Shown here one piece after another: positions 1-12,151 of a DNA stretch of 64,000 bases. The translations under genes were made by a program, and so were the position numbers. A model generated the notes under the pieces. That model made no database searches and was not told the DNA's origin. It saw only the letters and a list, made by a program, of their open reading frames with translations. The stretch spans positions 3,162,001 to 3,226,000 of the forward strand of contig NC_043007.1 in the NCBI RefSeq assembly GCF_006345805.1, given 5' to 3'. This DNA is from Octopus sinensis. Lineage: Eukaryota. Every line of letters begins with the position of its first letter. The first letter of the stretch is position 1.

Positions 1-901
1 TACAATTTACTGTTATTTCCATTTTTTTCATTCATTTTCCAGTTTTATTCCGTGTACACCTTCCCAATTTCGCATTTCTACCGTGCACCATCTCCAATAA
101 TTTCGAACTTTTTGATCAACAAAAGATTGCTCTGCACAACTAAGCATGGCTCGGTGCCCCTGGAGCTTTAGTCTGTTTTAGTTTTGGCTTTCTATAATAT
201 TCGAAATATTCTATTTAATATTTCGTTTATATCTAGCTTGTATGCTGTTTATGTGTATAGGTCCAGCGGTTTTGGTCAAGCCTTTTGCTCTGTCGTGCAT
301 ACATATACATAATTATCCCAGAGGTACAGTAGCATCCTCCTCCTAAGAAATGCTTGTTTCTATAATATCTACTTTTATCCATATTGTTTGTGATCTGAAA
401 ATACTATCTCACCCCTTTCATGAATATGTAAAAGACCAGTAATATAAACTGCTGCTCGAATCAAATAAACCAATATCAGAATTCAATGACAGAACCTGCA
501 TATTTACGGCACATTTTGCTTTTTATCAATCTAAGATAAATAAGATCTGTACCAGTAATATAATTTCGTTATCTTATTCTGATATACACGTATGGTACTA
601 AATTAGGTCTCATATCGATCTAGAGAGTAATCAATATTATATCCACAAATAGAAATGATTATATCCTGCATATTATGATCGGAGAACAGATTCAATGAGA
701 CGTGAAGTCGGTAGATTATTGAATCGGGGGATTTGGAAAGCGTTTAAAAATGAAAAGGCTTCCAATGTCATTTGATCTTGGAACACTGCAATTAGATCCA
801 TGAAGCATTCTTATAAATCTTTGAGATTTTATATTTTTCAAGATGCAGACGATGCTTTCATTACACACACACGTATGTAAGTATACTATATATACATATA
901 T

Positions 902-950
<49 letters not shown>

Positions 951-1018
951 ATATATATATAGAAATATTAAAATAACTAAGTCTCTCTAAAAGAGAACAG
1001 CGGCAGCGTTCCCGGAAA

Positions 1019-1088
1019 ATAATAGTTATCGCCATACTAATATGGCATTCTTATTTTTATAAGAATGCCATATTAGTATGGCGATAAC

Positions 1089-1094
<6 letters not shown>
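1019..1094. repeat. Perfect inverted repeat (36-bp arms, 4-nt TTTT loop)
   Basis: 1019-1054 is the exact reverse complement of 1059-1094 (core AATAGTTATCGCCATACTAATATGGCATTCTTAT tttt ATAAGAATGCCATATTAGTATGGCGATAACTATT). The right arm runs into (TA)n. Confidence 0.95.
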
Positions 1095-1144
<50 letters not shown>

Positions 1145-1255
1145 AATATTTGGGAATAAATCCAAACTTACAGGGAAAAATCAGATTTAGGATTGAATCC
1201 AATTTTATAGTAAAATATTATGTTATATTAAATTAGAGACAAAACCACTATTAAT
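1145..1255. repeat. Interspersed repeat fragment shared with the hammerhead-bearing element at 19.7 kb
   Basis: GGAATAAATCCAAA(C/T)TTACAGGGAAAA..TCAGATTTAGGATTGAATCCAATTTTATAGTAAAATATTAT..TTAGAGACAAAACCACTATTA is nearly identical to about 19680-19779. Confidence 0.85.
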
Positions 1256-1258
1256 TTA

Positions 1259-1308
<50 letters not shown>

Positions 1309-3309
1309 TTTTTATTCAAGCCTAATTGAAAAGTAACCAATTACACTTTTAAGAAAAAAATTAAACTGTAATAATGTTCTCAATCCACTCTCTGTAAATT
1401 TTCGCTTCAAGAAATATGCATTTTGGAAATTAATGTAAGTTTCCAAATTATTAAACTTTAGTTTCAATTATTTTCGCCAGGCATAAATATTCCGAGGGAA
1501 AAAGTGTAAATAATTTATGTGGTGAAATTATAAATACAGTATTTTTCTTCTTTTTTGTATTAACAGGAAAACAAAAAAAACACACACATAAACTCACACA
1601 CATTCACACATACATGCCGGCAGTTGTGTATGAGAATAAACACATCCAGATTCTCTGGGTATCTGTGAATGTGTCTCTGCCTATGTCGGTGAATATTGCA
1701 TCTGTAAGACGGATATTCATATTGTCTTTAATATGTATGCTTGAGCGTGGTGTTTATGGCTCCAGGAATTTCAACCATAAATATAATTTATGAACAATAC
1801 AGTTTTATTTGAATAATAAATATTAAATTCTAATATCATTTAGTAATTTTTTAAAAGTAATATACTGATACGTTGCTGTGAATCTGTGTCTACAAGCAAT
1901 ATGTGTTCTATGTGTAATTGCACGTTATATAACGATATAAAAATTAAACCGAATTTAATTTGTTTTCAATTAAGGAATGCGTTTTAAAATACATCAACAA
2001 GTCCAAATGAAAATACCATTTATATATATTCAGGAAAACTATACTATACAACCCATACCATTTTTTCACTTTCAAAAACTCAACTACTTTCGTTCTTTTT
2101 ACTGGATTTTTATCGTTTTCCTCTTTTGTTTTTTCCTTTATGCATTCGCCTAGAGAAATTATGGAATAACGAATTTTCGGTTGAATATGCTTACGCTCAA
2201 ATTGGCATAGACTGAGAAAGAAAGAGAAAGAGAAAAAGAGCGAGTATGTATAGTTTATAGAATCTGATGATCATCTGATGACCACCACTTTTTGATGGCT
2301 GCACAACCTATTCCATGATAGAAGGTTCAGTAGCAGACAGGAAGTACATATAAATGTGTTTTTGGCCCTTTGTTCTGATCTCATACACCGATTATAATCA
2401 GTTATCACCTTCACACTACTGATGGCGTTTGCAAGTCTACACGCATGCGTACTTCGTGTATGGTGCATGTAATTGTTTCGTTAGAAAAGATAGATGAAAA
2501 TTTGCATATATTTCTGTTTTCGTCAACTACCCTTGCGAATTTATGCCTTTGTATGAAGTAAAACTGTCTGTTGTATACCATTTACCCAATTCTGCTCATA
2601 ATAAGGAATATTTTCAGCTTCTAAGTGCTTTTCCTTGTTCCTTTCTGGCGCCAGTGACACTTAGAGGAGGTAATTAAATTTATTTCCGCTCTGGTTATCG
2701 TCATAACAGTTGTAAAGGTAAGAGCGATCACAAAACATGGTCGCCTGCTGCTGTGTACCGGAAGAAATCACTTTTTAACATTCCTTTAGTTGTGTCGTAG
2801 ATTCCACGTTAGCATCGATTTTCATACCTGTATTAAATGGGATTTCTGCTCAGTTAATCTAGTCTGGCCTTTTCTTAGTTTTCTCAATGTGGCATGGGTC
2901 AGAGAAACGCTTCTAATATTTGGAGTTATAACGATTTGGTTTTCCTTCGAGTCTTGATTCCATGTTGACATAGGTTGTTTGTGTTCTTATAACCCACCAC
3001 TATGCAACAAATGCAACTAGGTAGCCGAAGGGCGACGGTGATTACAATATTTCTGACCGAGATGCTTGTGTTGTTATCCTATCCAATCCAGAGACAGGTA
3101 GAGAACCCCCCTCAGGATATCATATATCTTTTAACTATTAATGTGTCATACACCCTCTCACACATCGTCTAGTGTTGTCTCTAATTGATCTTTTAAGGAA
3201 AGAATAACACAAAGGCTTTTTAAGTTCTATATTTAAGAGATGAGGAATTATGTACATTATTTACATTATTTACATTTGACGGATATTTTGTCCTCATCTT
3301 GTTTGTTGT

Positions 3310-3357
3310 TAACAGAACGTTTCGGTTGATATACCCTGCAGACTTCATCAGCTGTCA
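3310..3357 (-). ncRNA. Minimal type I hammerhead ribozyme motif (helix II decayed)
   Basis: Minus strand reads tgacag CTGATGA agtctgcagggtatatcaacc GAAAC GTT ctgtta. Helix I has 6 bp, the core is intact and the triplet is GUU. Helix II has two mismatches. Confidence 0.7.
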
Positions 3358-3501
3358 TGGGGAAATTTTGAACCTGAGTCCTCATTTTCGATGTTATTAT
3401 TATTAATCAGGTCACTGCCATATGCGCATGTGCATATGGCGTAGTGGTTAAGAGCGCGGGCAACTAACCCCCAGTTTCTTAGTTCGATTCCAGGCAGTGA
3501 A

Positions 3502-3542
<41 letters not shown>

Positions 3543-3597
3543 CAACAACATCGAAAAATACATTAGGAATGAGAACTCAGGTTCAAAATTTCCCGAA

Positions 3598-3643
3598 GAC
3601 ACCTGATGAAGGCTGGTGGGTGTATCAGCCGAAGCGTTGTGTT
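3598..3643 (+). ncRNA. Minimal type I hammerhead ribozyme motif (GAAA>GAAG mutation)
   Basis: gacac CTGATGA a ggctgg tgggtgta tcagcc GAAGC GTT gtgtt. Helix I is acac/gtgt, helix II has 6 bp, the triplet is GUU, and A15.1 is substituted. Confidence 0.7.
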
Positions 3644-4066
3644 ATGAGGACAAATATCCGTCAATTGTAAATAATGTAAATAATGTAAATTCTTTTTTGG
3701 TCTATAAAACTACAGAAGTATTCTATTTAACATAGGATTGACTATGGGAATAGCGTATGAACAGAAAAACCTAGAAGACACCCTGGATCCATAGCACTAT
3801 ATATAATCCAATATTGTCAATGTTTCTATTTAGCAGCAGAGTAAATTATTATACACAACGTTTGTCATTAATTACCATTGAAATCATTCTGAGAAGCACT
3901 ATAATTTCTAATGTCTTCCAAGTTGAGAATGTTATTCACTCACTAAACTACTTAACACATACATGTGAGTTCACTAGCGTGTGTATATGAGTGTATGAGT
4001 ATATATTTATATATGTATACACAAGTATATATACATATATGAATATATAAATATTTACACACACAT

Positions 4067-4115
<49 letters not shown>

Positions 4116-4205
4116 AATACATATATGTGTCTGTGTATATGTATGTATATATATATGCATATATATATATATCCATAAATATATATATATATATGCATAC
4201 ATATA

Positions 4206-4236
<31 letters not shown>

Positions 4237-4307
4237 GTGTAGGTCCCGGGTTGATTCGGGGTTAACCACAGTAAATAAGGTACTCAATACATAGTAGAGT
4301 AAAATTA

Positions 4308-4398
4308 ATTTATTATATAGAAGGAGCTAGTTAACTAGCTTCCTGAAGATTTCTCTTGAATGAAACAGTTCTAGTCCTGTAGAAGCTCCTTCTATATA

Positions 4399-4404
<6 letters not shown>
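4308..4404 (+). other. Perfect 21-bp inverted repeat enclosing a degenerate hammerhead-like core
   Basis: ATTTATTATATAGAAGGAGCT (4308-4328) pairs with AGCTCCTTCTATATAATAAAT (4384-4404). The spacer contains CTGAAGA (4343-4349), tttc tctt gaat, GAAAC (4362-4366) and AGTT. Followed by (TA)n. Confidence 0.6.
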
Positions 4405-4463
<59 letters not shown>

Positions 4464-4769
4464 TGGGGATGTATATGTATGCATGCATGTATATACATAC
4501 AAAGATATATACGTACCAGCATACATACAAAGACGCATGGAAGCGAACATGGTATTGATACGGCGTTTAATTCACGGTGGTGAGTGTAAATGTTGTTTGA
4601 GCTTTGTTATCAAATGTAAAGTCCGCAGATGCGTAATCCCATACATACATACCACATCCATTCATACATATATACATACGTATATGTGCACGGGTGCGTG
4701 TGTATGTGTGTATACTTCTATTTGTAAGCCTCTCTATGTATAAAAGTTTCTATGCGTGTAAAGATATAT

Positions 4770-4870
4770 GTATGTGTAAAGATGTATGTATACATATATA
4801 CGTATATGTATATATACACCCTTATATATATATGAATATATATATATAATATATATATATATATAATATA

Positions 4871-4920
<50 letters not shown>

Positions 4921-5086
4921 CTATATATATATAATCATGATATTCATAATAATCATACATGCGCCAGTATATACATGATCTCATACATAGAAGGATGTAG
5001 GCAAGCATACACAGTATAGATATTGGGATTAGCACACGGTAGCGAGAATAAATGTTGTTTCGAGTATGTTATCAAATATGATGACG

Positions 5087-5160
<74 letters not shown>

Positions 5161-5303
5161 ATATATATGTATGTATATACGTAAGTATGTATATATATAT
5201 ATATGTATATGTATATATATACGCAAGTATATATGTATATATGTATATATATACGTAAGTATATATGTATATATATATGTATATATATGTATATGTATAT
5301 ATG

Positions 5304-5337
<34 letters not shown>

Positions 5338-5505
5338 CGTATATGTATATATATATATACGTATATATCCATGCATATATATATATACTCACACAAATAA
5401 AGTTATATATATATGTATATATATATGTGTGTGTATATATATATATATGTGTGTGAGTGTGTGCATGTGTATATATATATGTGTGAGTGTGTGTGTGTGT
5501 GTATA
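4770..5505. repeat. Long compound (TA)n/(TATG)n/(TG)n microsatellite region
   Basis: Direct inspection; it explains the YI-rich ORFs. Confidence 0.95.
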
Positions 5506-6558
5506 ATGCCTGCATGAATAAATATGTACATGTAAGATTATATGAATATAAGCATGCATATAAATACGGTGAAACGGTGGATTAATACCACCACGTATCT
5601 AATAATCGAAATTTATCTTATACTCTGAAATGAACCTTAACCATAAATCATTTTGTAATTGAGGATCAAATCTATTTCACGCTGTGAAATTGCTACGTTT
5701 TGACAGTAAATATAGATTAATACGAATAATAGGAAACCCCTTATCTGAGCTATCTAAACAGAGAAACCTAACGCTGATCAATCACACCATTGTTCAGTAA
5801 TTTAATGTTCCGTTAATTAAAGGTTAATTTTACAATATTGGAAATATCTATACTTCGATGCATTTTACTCCCAAAGGAGCTGATACCATCAGAAATTGTT
5901 CTGTAACTGAAAGCCATCTGTATGATTTGTTTCAGAATTATAGCGAAGTGAATATCTAATTTTAATTTTTTTTTCCCGGGCATGTTAGCTGTGTCACATT
6001 TACTTCAAATCAGCATCTTTTACAAAATCTGTTATTTTTATTTGTTCTACTTCATGATTTCGAAATTACATTTTCGAATTCTCTAAAAGTTCTTTCATTC
6101 AGAGTTCGTTTTCGTTATCATTTTTTTAAATTATAATTGATTTTCTTTTTTCTCCCGAGTGGTGATATAAATTATATTACACCTCCAAACATAGGCAGAA
6201 ATTATATCCGTATTATATTTGTTCAATATGTATAAAACATCAGCTTCTACATTATGCAACCATGCAGCAATTTTCATTATACTGAAGGGCGTATATATAT
6301 GAAGATAATTCTGTTTTTGCTTACAAATACTGTATGAATTGTAAAATTCGATACACCTCAACGCTATTGCATGACAACTGAGTAGAATTTGAACAAGTTT
6401 GTTCTTTAATTTCATTGAAATAAATATCAGTAAATTGTCGAGATTACCACACATTCACATTTACGCATATATATACCTGATGCGAATACCCACAATGATA
6501 CTCCCAATTTCAAACACTCCACAACATGCTTATGGCTGTAAATATGTCGGTCTGTTTA

Positions 6559-6559
<1 letters not shown>

Positions 6560-6591
<32 letters not shown>

Positions 6592-6684
6592 ATGTATGTA
6601 TGTATGTATGTATGCATGCATGTATGTATGTATGTATTGATAGATCGATCGATCGATAGGCAGACAGATAGATAAATAGATATT

Positions 6685-6778
<94 letters not shown>

Positions 6779-6780
6779 TA
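6560..6780. repeat. Compound (CTGT)n-(TATG)n-(GATA)n tetranucleotide microsatellite
   Basis: Direct inspection. Confidence 0.95.
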
Positions 6781-6964
6781 GTCGTAGATACTGCTGCGTG
6801 ATAAAAAAATATGCCACTTTTAAACTACGTGATTTCGGGTTCTATACTTCACACAGCACACTGTTCTATTGCTTTCTACTACTGGACGTGAGAGAATGAC
6901 CCAAAGGGTAACGAAAAAAATGCGTGTATGTATGTATGTATGCATATATAAATATGTATGTATG

Positions 6965-7330
6965 TCAGGTCACTTTCGAGTGCTACTGGTAACATGTAAC
7001 ATGTACAACCTGTTGCATGGTCGGGCCGTCGGCGACTAAACCGGCAACCCCACCAAGCTTGCTTGGTGAGGAGGGTGATTATTGGACACCCTGCGGGATG
7101 AAAAACAAAACCCGTCAAAGGGCGGAGGACCTCTTGAGAGTCAACGGCCATCCGATAAATGTGTATTTTTTTTCTCTTACGGCTTAAGGCTGTATCATGC
7201 ACGAGAACACAGAAATAATTGGACTGAATACCCGATCGCAGGTTAAACCATTGGGAGTGAAGGACTCCTAGCCTTTGTTAGGGCATCCTTCTAGGAGAAG
7301 GTAACTCAGGTAACTGGGATAACTCCAACA
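6965..7330 (+). mobile_element. GC-richer repeat-like segment, possibly LINE (RTE-type) 5' UTR fragments
   Basis: GC/CpG content is sharply higher than the flanks. Motifs such as GGTGAGGAGGG..AAACCCGTCAAAGGGCGGAGGA and GGGCATCCTTCTAGGAGAAGG recall RTE 5' regions from memory only. No ORF supports it. Confidence 0.3.
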
Positions 7331-7629
7331 TATAAACTGCGGCTCAGTGATTATATATGATGTTTACTTGTTCTTCTTTTCGGATTATGGTTGCTGTTGC
7401 TTAGTGAGTGAGATTGACTCAGTGCACAGCCTTTCCTCACTTTAAAAAATCTTCTTGCACAGGCATTGCACGATAACAACATTGTTCATGATTGTTGATG
7501 GTGCTGTGAGTCTCAACTGAATTGCTGGTTGTAGCCTTAAAAAGCAAATAAAAGTCACAATCGATCACAGCACCAATAACAGTTAAGCTTCGTGCAATGG
7601 CCACACTCGATAACGAGGGGGCAGCCATC

Positions 7630-7630
<1 letters not shown>

Positions 7631-7660
<30 letters not shown>

Positions 7661-7800
7661 TGTATGTATGTATGTATGTATGTATGTATGTATGTATGCA
7701 TGTATGTATGTATGTATGTAGTATGTATGTATGTATGTATGTATGTATGTATGCATGTATGTATGTATGCATGTATGTATGTATGTATGCATATATATAT
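7631..7800. repeat. (TATG)n microsatellite
   Basis: Direct inspection. Confidence 0.95.
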
Positions 7801-8980
7801 AATGGCTAGTGACTAAGGAAGACCATCACATTGACAAATGCCCATACAGTATGCCTTGGCTTGAGGTTGTCGCACCAAGCACCCGAGATCGTCCCGCTCT
7901 CTCGGGACCAACATCTATCAACGAAGAGATCACCCCGGAGCAACAGCCCCGCAAACAAGTGAACCATCCTATCTGCGATATGAGTAAGTGTCTGCGAACA
8001 TACGTGGTCTACCAGACACGTGGTGTACCAAACGTTTCACTCACCAGTTGAAGAAATTGTAAATACGACAATTTTCCAATGAAACTTTTCCTTAACGTAG
8101 CTAAAATAGAAGAGAAGCAAAATTGGTTTATTTGTTTGCAGTGTGACCTTCTGAAAGCATAGCAATTCACTTCTTTATCAAATGAAAAGTATACAGAAAA
8201 TTACATGCGCATTTCATACCAACACATCTTGTCATGTTATGATTATATGCCATGTCACAATATTACATAATATGATTGCCACTGACAAAGTAAGCCAGAT
8301 TCAGTCTCTGTCGAAATATTTATTTCTACGTATATTAATATATTTCTGTATATTTACTTCTATCATCCACGTAATTATCTTATTTAAAGACAACCATAGT
8401 TTATTATTAAATAAGTGTTGATTGTATGCTCTTAGATGCGTTACTCTTAATCAAATACCGAAAATAAATATCTCCACGTTGCAATGTGTCTATTAAATCT
8501 CAGCATTCTTATGTAAATCCATCACTGTGTGTTCATTCAACCCAAAGGTATAATTTATTGCGACATTCAATGATGTTGTTGGCTTTTTTTAATGTCGGTA
8601 TGATGCATAACAAATGGCGTTAATAATATCGTTGTCATTTTTTGGTGTGTGAATGTAAAGAAGTTGGCAATTAATAATTCTTGCATTTTGACACCGTTCG
8701 CTATATTTCAACACAGTAAATGTAGAGTTAGTGAAATGTTTCACCGACATGGCAATTACTTCAGAGGCCAGACAAAGAAAAAATGATGGAATCTGATGCC
8801 TTGTTAAGATAGGAAATATTTTAGAAAATTTCTATATGTAAAGGAGTAGTTGAAAAATTGACCGCTAAAGAGAATATACATCTATGCATCCCATTATTAT
8901 TGCTGGACTTGTCACGTTGTTGTTGTGTTGTTGCTGTTATTGTTGTTGTTGTTGTTGTTGGTGGTGGTGGTGTTATGTTA

Positions 8981-9196
8981 GGCGGCGAGCTGAGCAGAAT
9001 CGTTAACGCGCTGGCTGGAGAAAATGCTTAGCAGTATTTCGTTCTTCGCGACGTTCTGTGTTCAAATTCCACCTAGGTCGGTTTTGCCTTTCATCCTTTT
9101 GGAATCGATTAATCAAGTACCAGTTGAATACTGGGGTCGATATAATCGACTACCCCCCTCAGCCAAATTTCAGGCCTTGTGCCTATAGTAGAAAGG

Positions 9197-9197
<1 letters not shown>
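8981..9197 (+). mobile_element. tRNA-derived SINE, family A (Meta-domain-like centre)
   Basis: Head GGCGGCGAGCTG..CAGAA, B box GTTCAAATTCC, centre GCCTTTCATCCTTT..GTCGAT. More than 10 homologous copies occur in the window. Confidence 0.85.
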
Positions 9198-9281
<84 letters not shown>

Positions 9282-9304
9282 TCATTATTATCATTATTAT
9301 ATTG

Positions 9305-9410
9305 GGTGGCGAGCTGGCAGAATAGTTAACAAACTGGACGAAATGCTTAGTGGTCTTTCGCCCGTCACTACGCTCTGAGTTCAAATACCGCCGAGGTCGA
9401 ATTTGCCTTT
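9305..9410 (+). mobile_element. SINE family A, 3'-truncated at a junction with an R4-like LINE fragment
   Basis: The head and B box GAGTTCAAATACC are present. The sequence switches to LINE at CCTTT (9406-9410). Confidence 0.8.
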
Positions 9411-9744
9411 TCTGGGGTGTGCTTATACCATCTTTTTTCAGTTATTATTCCATGGTGTTGGCATAGCTTCCAGTGTATGTAGGTCCCAACTCTGTACTGT
9501 CCGTGGATATATTCATTCTTAGCCACGACTGGGCAGCCAGAGACAATATGATTTCTTGTTTCTCCCTACATCACCACATATTCTGCAGCTACTTGTTATA
9601 TTTCTCTTCATTATGTGTTTCTGGTGATTTCTGGAGGAGAGGCTTTGATCTTGTGCTGCAATTAAAAACCCTTCAGTCTGTGATTTGAGTCCTGTGCATT
9701 TCAACCATTCTTGGATTTTGCTTCGTCTATTTCTTTTCTGTTTA

Positions 9745-9745
<1 letters not shown>
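9411..9745 (-). mobile_element. R4/Dong-like RLE non-LTR retrotransposon fragment (copy 1)
   Basis: Translates to WLKCTGLKSQTEGFLIAAQDQSLSSRNHQKHIMKRNITSSCRICGD, followed by a frameshifted CCHC/RH region. It is homologous to 10260-10500, and its 5' end abuts (AAT)n. Confidence 0.85.
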
Positions 9746-9776
<31 letters not shown>

Positions 9777-9779
<3 letters not shown>

Positions 9780-10500
9780 TAGTTTTATTTTTATAGCGTG
9801 CTTTCACTTCACTACCGAACGCAGCTCTGTGTGCCTTGGGTATGTGCTGTGATTTGTTGTGATGCTCTGATGGTTATTGTATGGAAAGTGTTCTGCGTAG
9901 GATGTGTGCAGTGCCTAGTAGTGCAATTTTCTGTATGTTATATGTGTTTGTAAGTCCTGGTGTTTTTGTTATGTATTTGTCTGAATATTTTTTTATCATG
10001 CCTAATGCACCTACTATGATAGAAATTGTTTCTGTTTTCAGATTCCACATTATGGTTACCTCTATTTCCAGGTCTTTGTATTTTGAGAGTTTCTCCATTT
10101 CTTTTAGAGACACGTTGTCATCTGCCGGTATTGATACATCAATTAGAAAGCATTTTTTTCTTCTTCATGATCTCTGACAACTATATCTGGTCTGTTGGCC
10201 TTAATTTCTCTATCTGTGTGTATCGGCATATCCCAGAGTATGGTTGCTTTCTCGTTTTCTGTGACCTTTTCTGGTGTGTGCCTATAACATCTTTTTTCTG
10301 TTGTTATTCCATAATGTTGGCATAGCTTCCAATGTATGTAGGTTCCAACTCTGTCATGTCTGTGAATATATTCCTTCTTAGCCAGGACTGGGCAGCTAGA
10401 GATAATATGATTTATTGTTTCTTGTCCATCTCCACATATTCTGCAGTTACTTGTAATATTTCTTTTCATTACATGTTTTTGGTAATTTCTGGTAATTTTT
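9777..10500 (-). mobile_element. R4/Dong-like RLE non-LTR retrotransposon, 5'-truncated 3' end with 3' UTR (copy 2)
   Basis: CCHC knuckle CRICGDGQETINHIISSC and RHD motif. The RLE motif RPDIVVRD..(frameshift)..LIDVSIP..KEMEKLSKYKDL is followed by IIVGALG..IQKIALLGTAHILRRTLS*. Flanked on both sides by (AAT)n/(AAG)n. Confidence 0.9.
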
Positions 10501-10762
10501 GGTAATTTCTTCTTCTTCTTCTTCTTCTTCTTCTTATTATTATTATTATTGAGTGAGAGAGCCGTGCATGCCATCAAAGTGACACCAGGGTAAAATATAC
10601 AAAGCCCAGTATACCCATCATGACAAACCGTCTGATAAGGGTGCACCAGGCACATGCATCACAACCGTGTGTGCGCGACATGGTAATCTCATATCAAGAT
10701 AAACAGCACATGACCTTACAGGTGGTGGTGGTGGTGGTGGTGGTGGTAGTAGTAGTAGGAGT

Positions 10763-10837
<75 letters not shown>

Positions 10838-11920
10838 TCTTCATGTCTGTGTGAAACTTTTCCATTGTTTCTTAAATGATTGAACGAAACTCTTGTTTCA
10901 CCCTTTATATTTTTTTTGTGTGTGTGTGTGTGAGACTAGAAACCGTTTTGCACAATCTGTAGAATATTTCTAAACCGAGCGGTATCAAGACGTCTCATGC
11001 TATGACGCCATCAGTATATTTGATGTTGACTTGTACATCCAGAAATATCTTTTGTTGCAGCGTGAGTATCATAAAATGTATCGAAACAGCATGATAGAAA
11101 AGATATTCGTCCATTTATCCTTAGCATAGAGATTCAATCTTATAAATTTTCTCTATCTGGTCGGCTAATGCGATTCTATTAAACGTATAAAAGGAGTAAA
11201 TAAGTAATCGGCTACGAACGCAGCCGATATCCATTCTAATTCTGCTATAATTGCAGTTGCTGATGTGGCAGGATATTAGTAATTGCCTCTTAAAGTTAAG
11301 AGAATTAAGACTTTTATTGTTATAAAGTGTTAGAAATAGAAGAAAAACATCAAGACGGATTATCTAAGCAATGTACAATAGGACGCATAAAACTGTCTCC
11401 TTAAGAATTTTTGAATTAAATTAATTAATTAATTTTGAATCTAAAGAGAAATAGAAAGAGACAAGCATAGCTTTCCTGAACTTCAACCAAGAACGTTTAC
11501 TCATTAAGTAAAACTGGTTCTAACAGGAAAAGAAAACTAAATCGCTTTGATTAAAATGGACGGAAAGCAAAGAAGAAAAACAATGAAAAGCATGAGAGGA
11601 CATTTTCAAGCAATAAAGTGATATATATATGAGAACAAAAGAAACTTGACTGCTTCTCCTCTTGACAGGGCAATTGCAAAGTTTAGATTGAATTATTTAT
11701 CAAGTCTTTGTAAGAATCTGGCAGTTTTAGTTAACAATGAGAAATACAACCAGACTAAAGAAATATGATTAGTCTGTTCTCTTCTAAATACGCTGACTGA
11801 GAAATAGAAAAGATTCAATGACGTAACATCTGCTTTTTGACAATCATACGGAGATCCTAACAAAATATCAGAGAAAACCGGAAGACATGGGTTCTTCTGA
11901 CTAAATTTATCAATTCCTAA

Positions 11921-12151
11921 GGCGGCGAGCTGGCAGACACGTTAGCACGCCGGGCGAAATGCTTAGTGGTATTTCGTCTGTCGTTACGTTCTGAGTTCAA
12001 ATTTCGCTGAGGTCGACTCTGCCTTTCATCCTTTCGGCGGCGATAACTAAAATGGCCAGTTTCGCACTGGAGTCGATATAATCGACTTAACCCCTTTGTC
12101 TGTTCTTGTTTGTCCCCTCTGTGTTTAGCCCCTCGTGGGCAGTAAAGAAAT
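11921..12151 (+). mobile_element. SINE family A, full-length monomer
   Basis: GGCGGCGAGCTGGCAGACACGTTAGCACGCCGGGCGAAATGCTTAG..GAGTTCAAATT..GCCTTTCATCCTTTCGG..CCCCTCGTGGGCAGTAAAGAAAT. Confidence 0.9.

Larger units (their letters stand above)
3223..3691. mobile_element. Head-to-head inverted dimer of a tRNA-headed SINE-like element carrying a hammerhead motif (Penelope/retrozyme-like)
   Basis: 3223-3420 is an imperfect inverted copy of 3493-3691. The centre has an A box TGGCGTAGTGG (3437-3447) and a B box GTTCGATTCC (3482-3491). There is one hammerhead motif per arm. Confidence 0.75.

Noticed and set aside
2263-2300. Tandem CTGATGA motifs as a hammerhead
   Set aside because: There is no downstream GAAA strand or closing helix.
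3437-3495. Possible tRNA gene (likewise 13085, 45080, 49869)
   Set aside because: A and B boxes are present, but there is no complete cloverleaf with a paired acceptor stem, and each continues into multi-copy SINE body sequence.
6965-7050. HDV-like ribozyme in the putative RTE 5' UTR
   Set aside because: I could not build the nested P1/P1.1/P2/P3 pseudoknot; only simple stem-loops are visible.
10313-10330. ATGTTGGCATAGCT resembling part of miR-31
   Set aside because: It lies within LINE coding sequence, the seed does not match, and there is no precursor hairpin.
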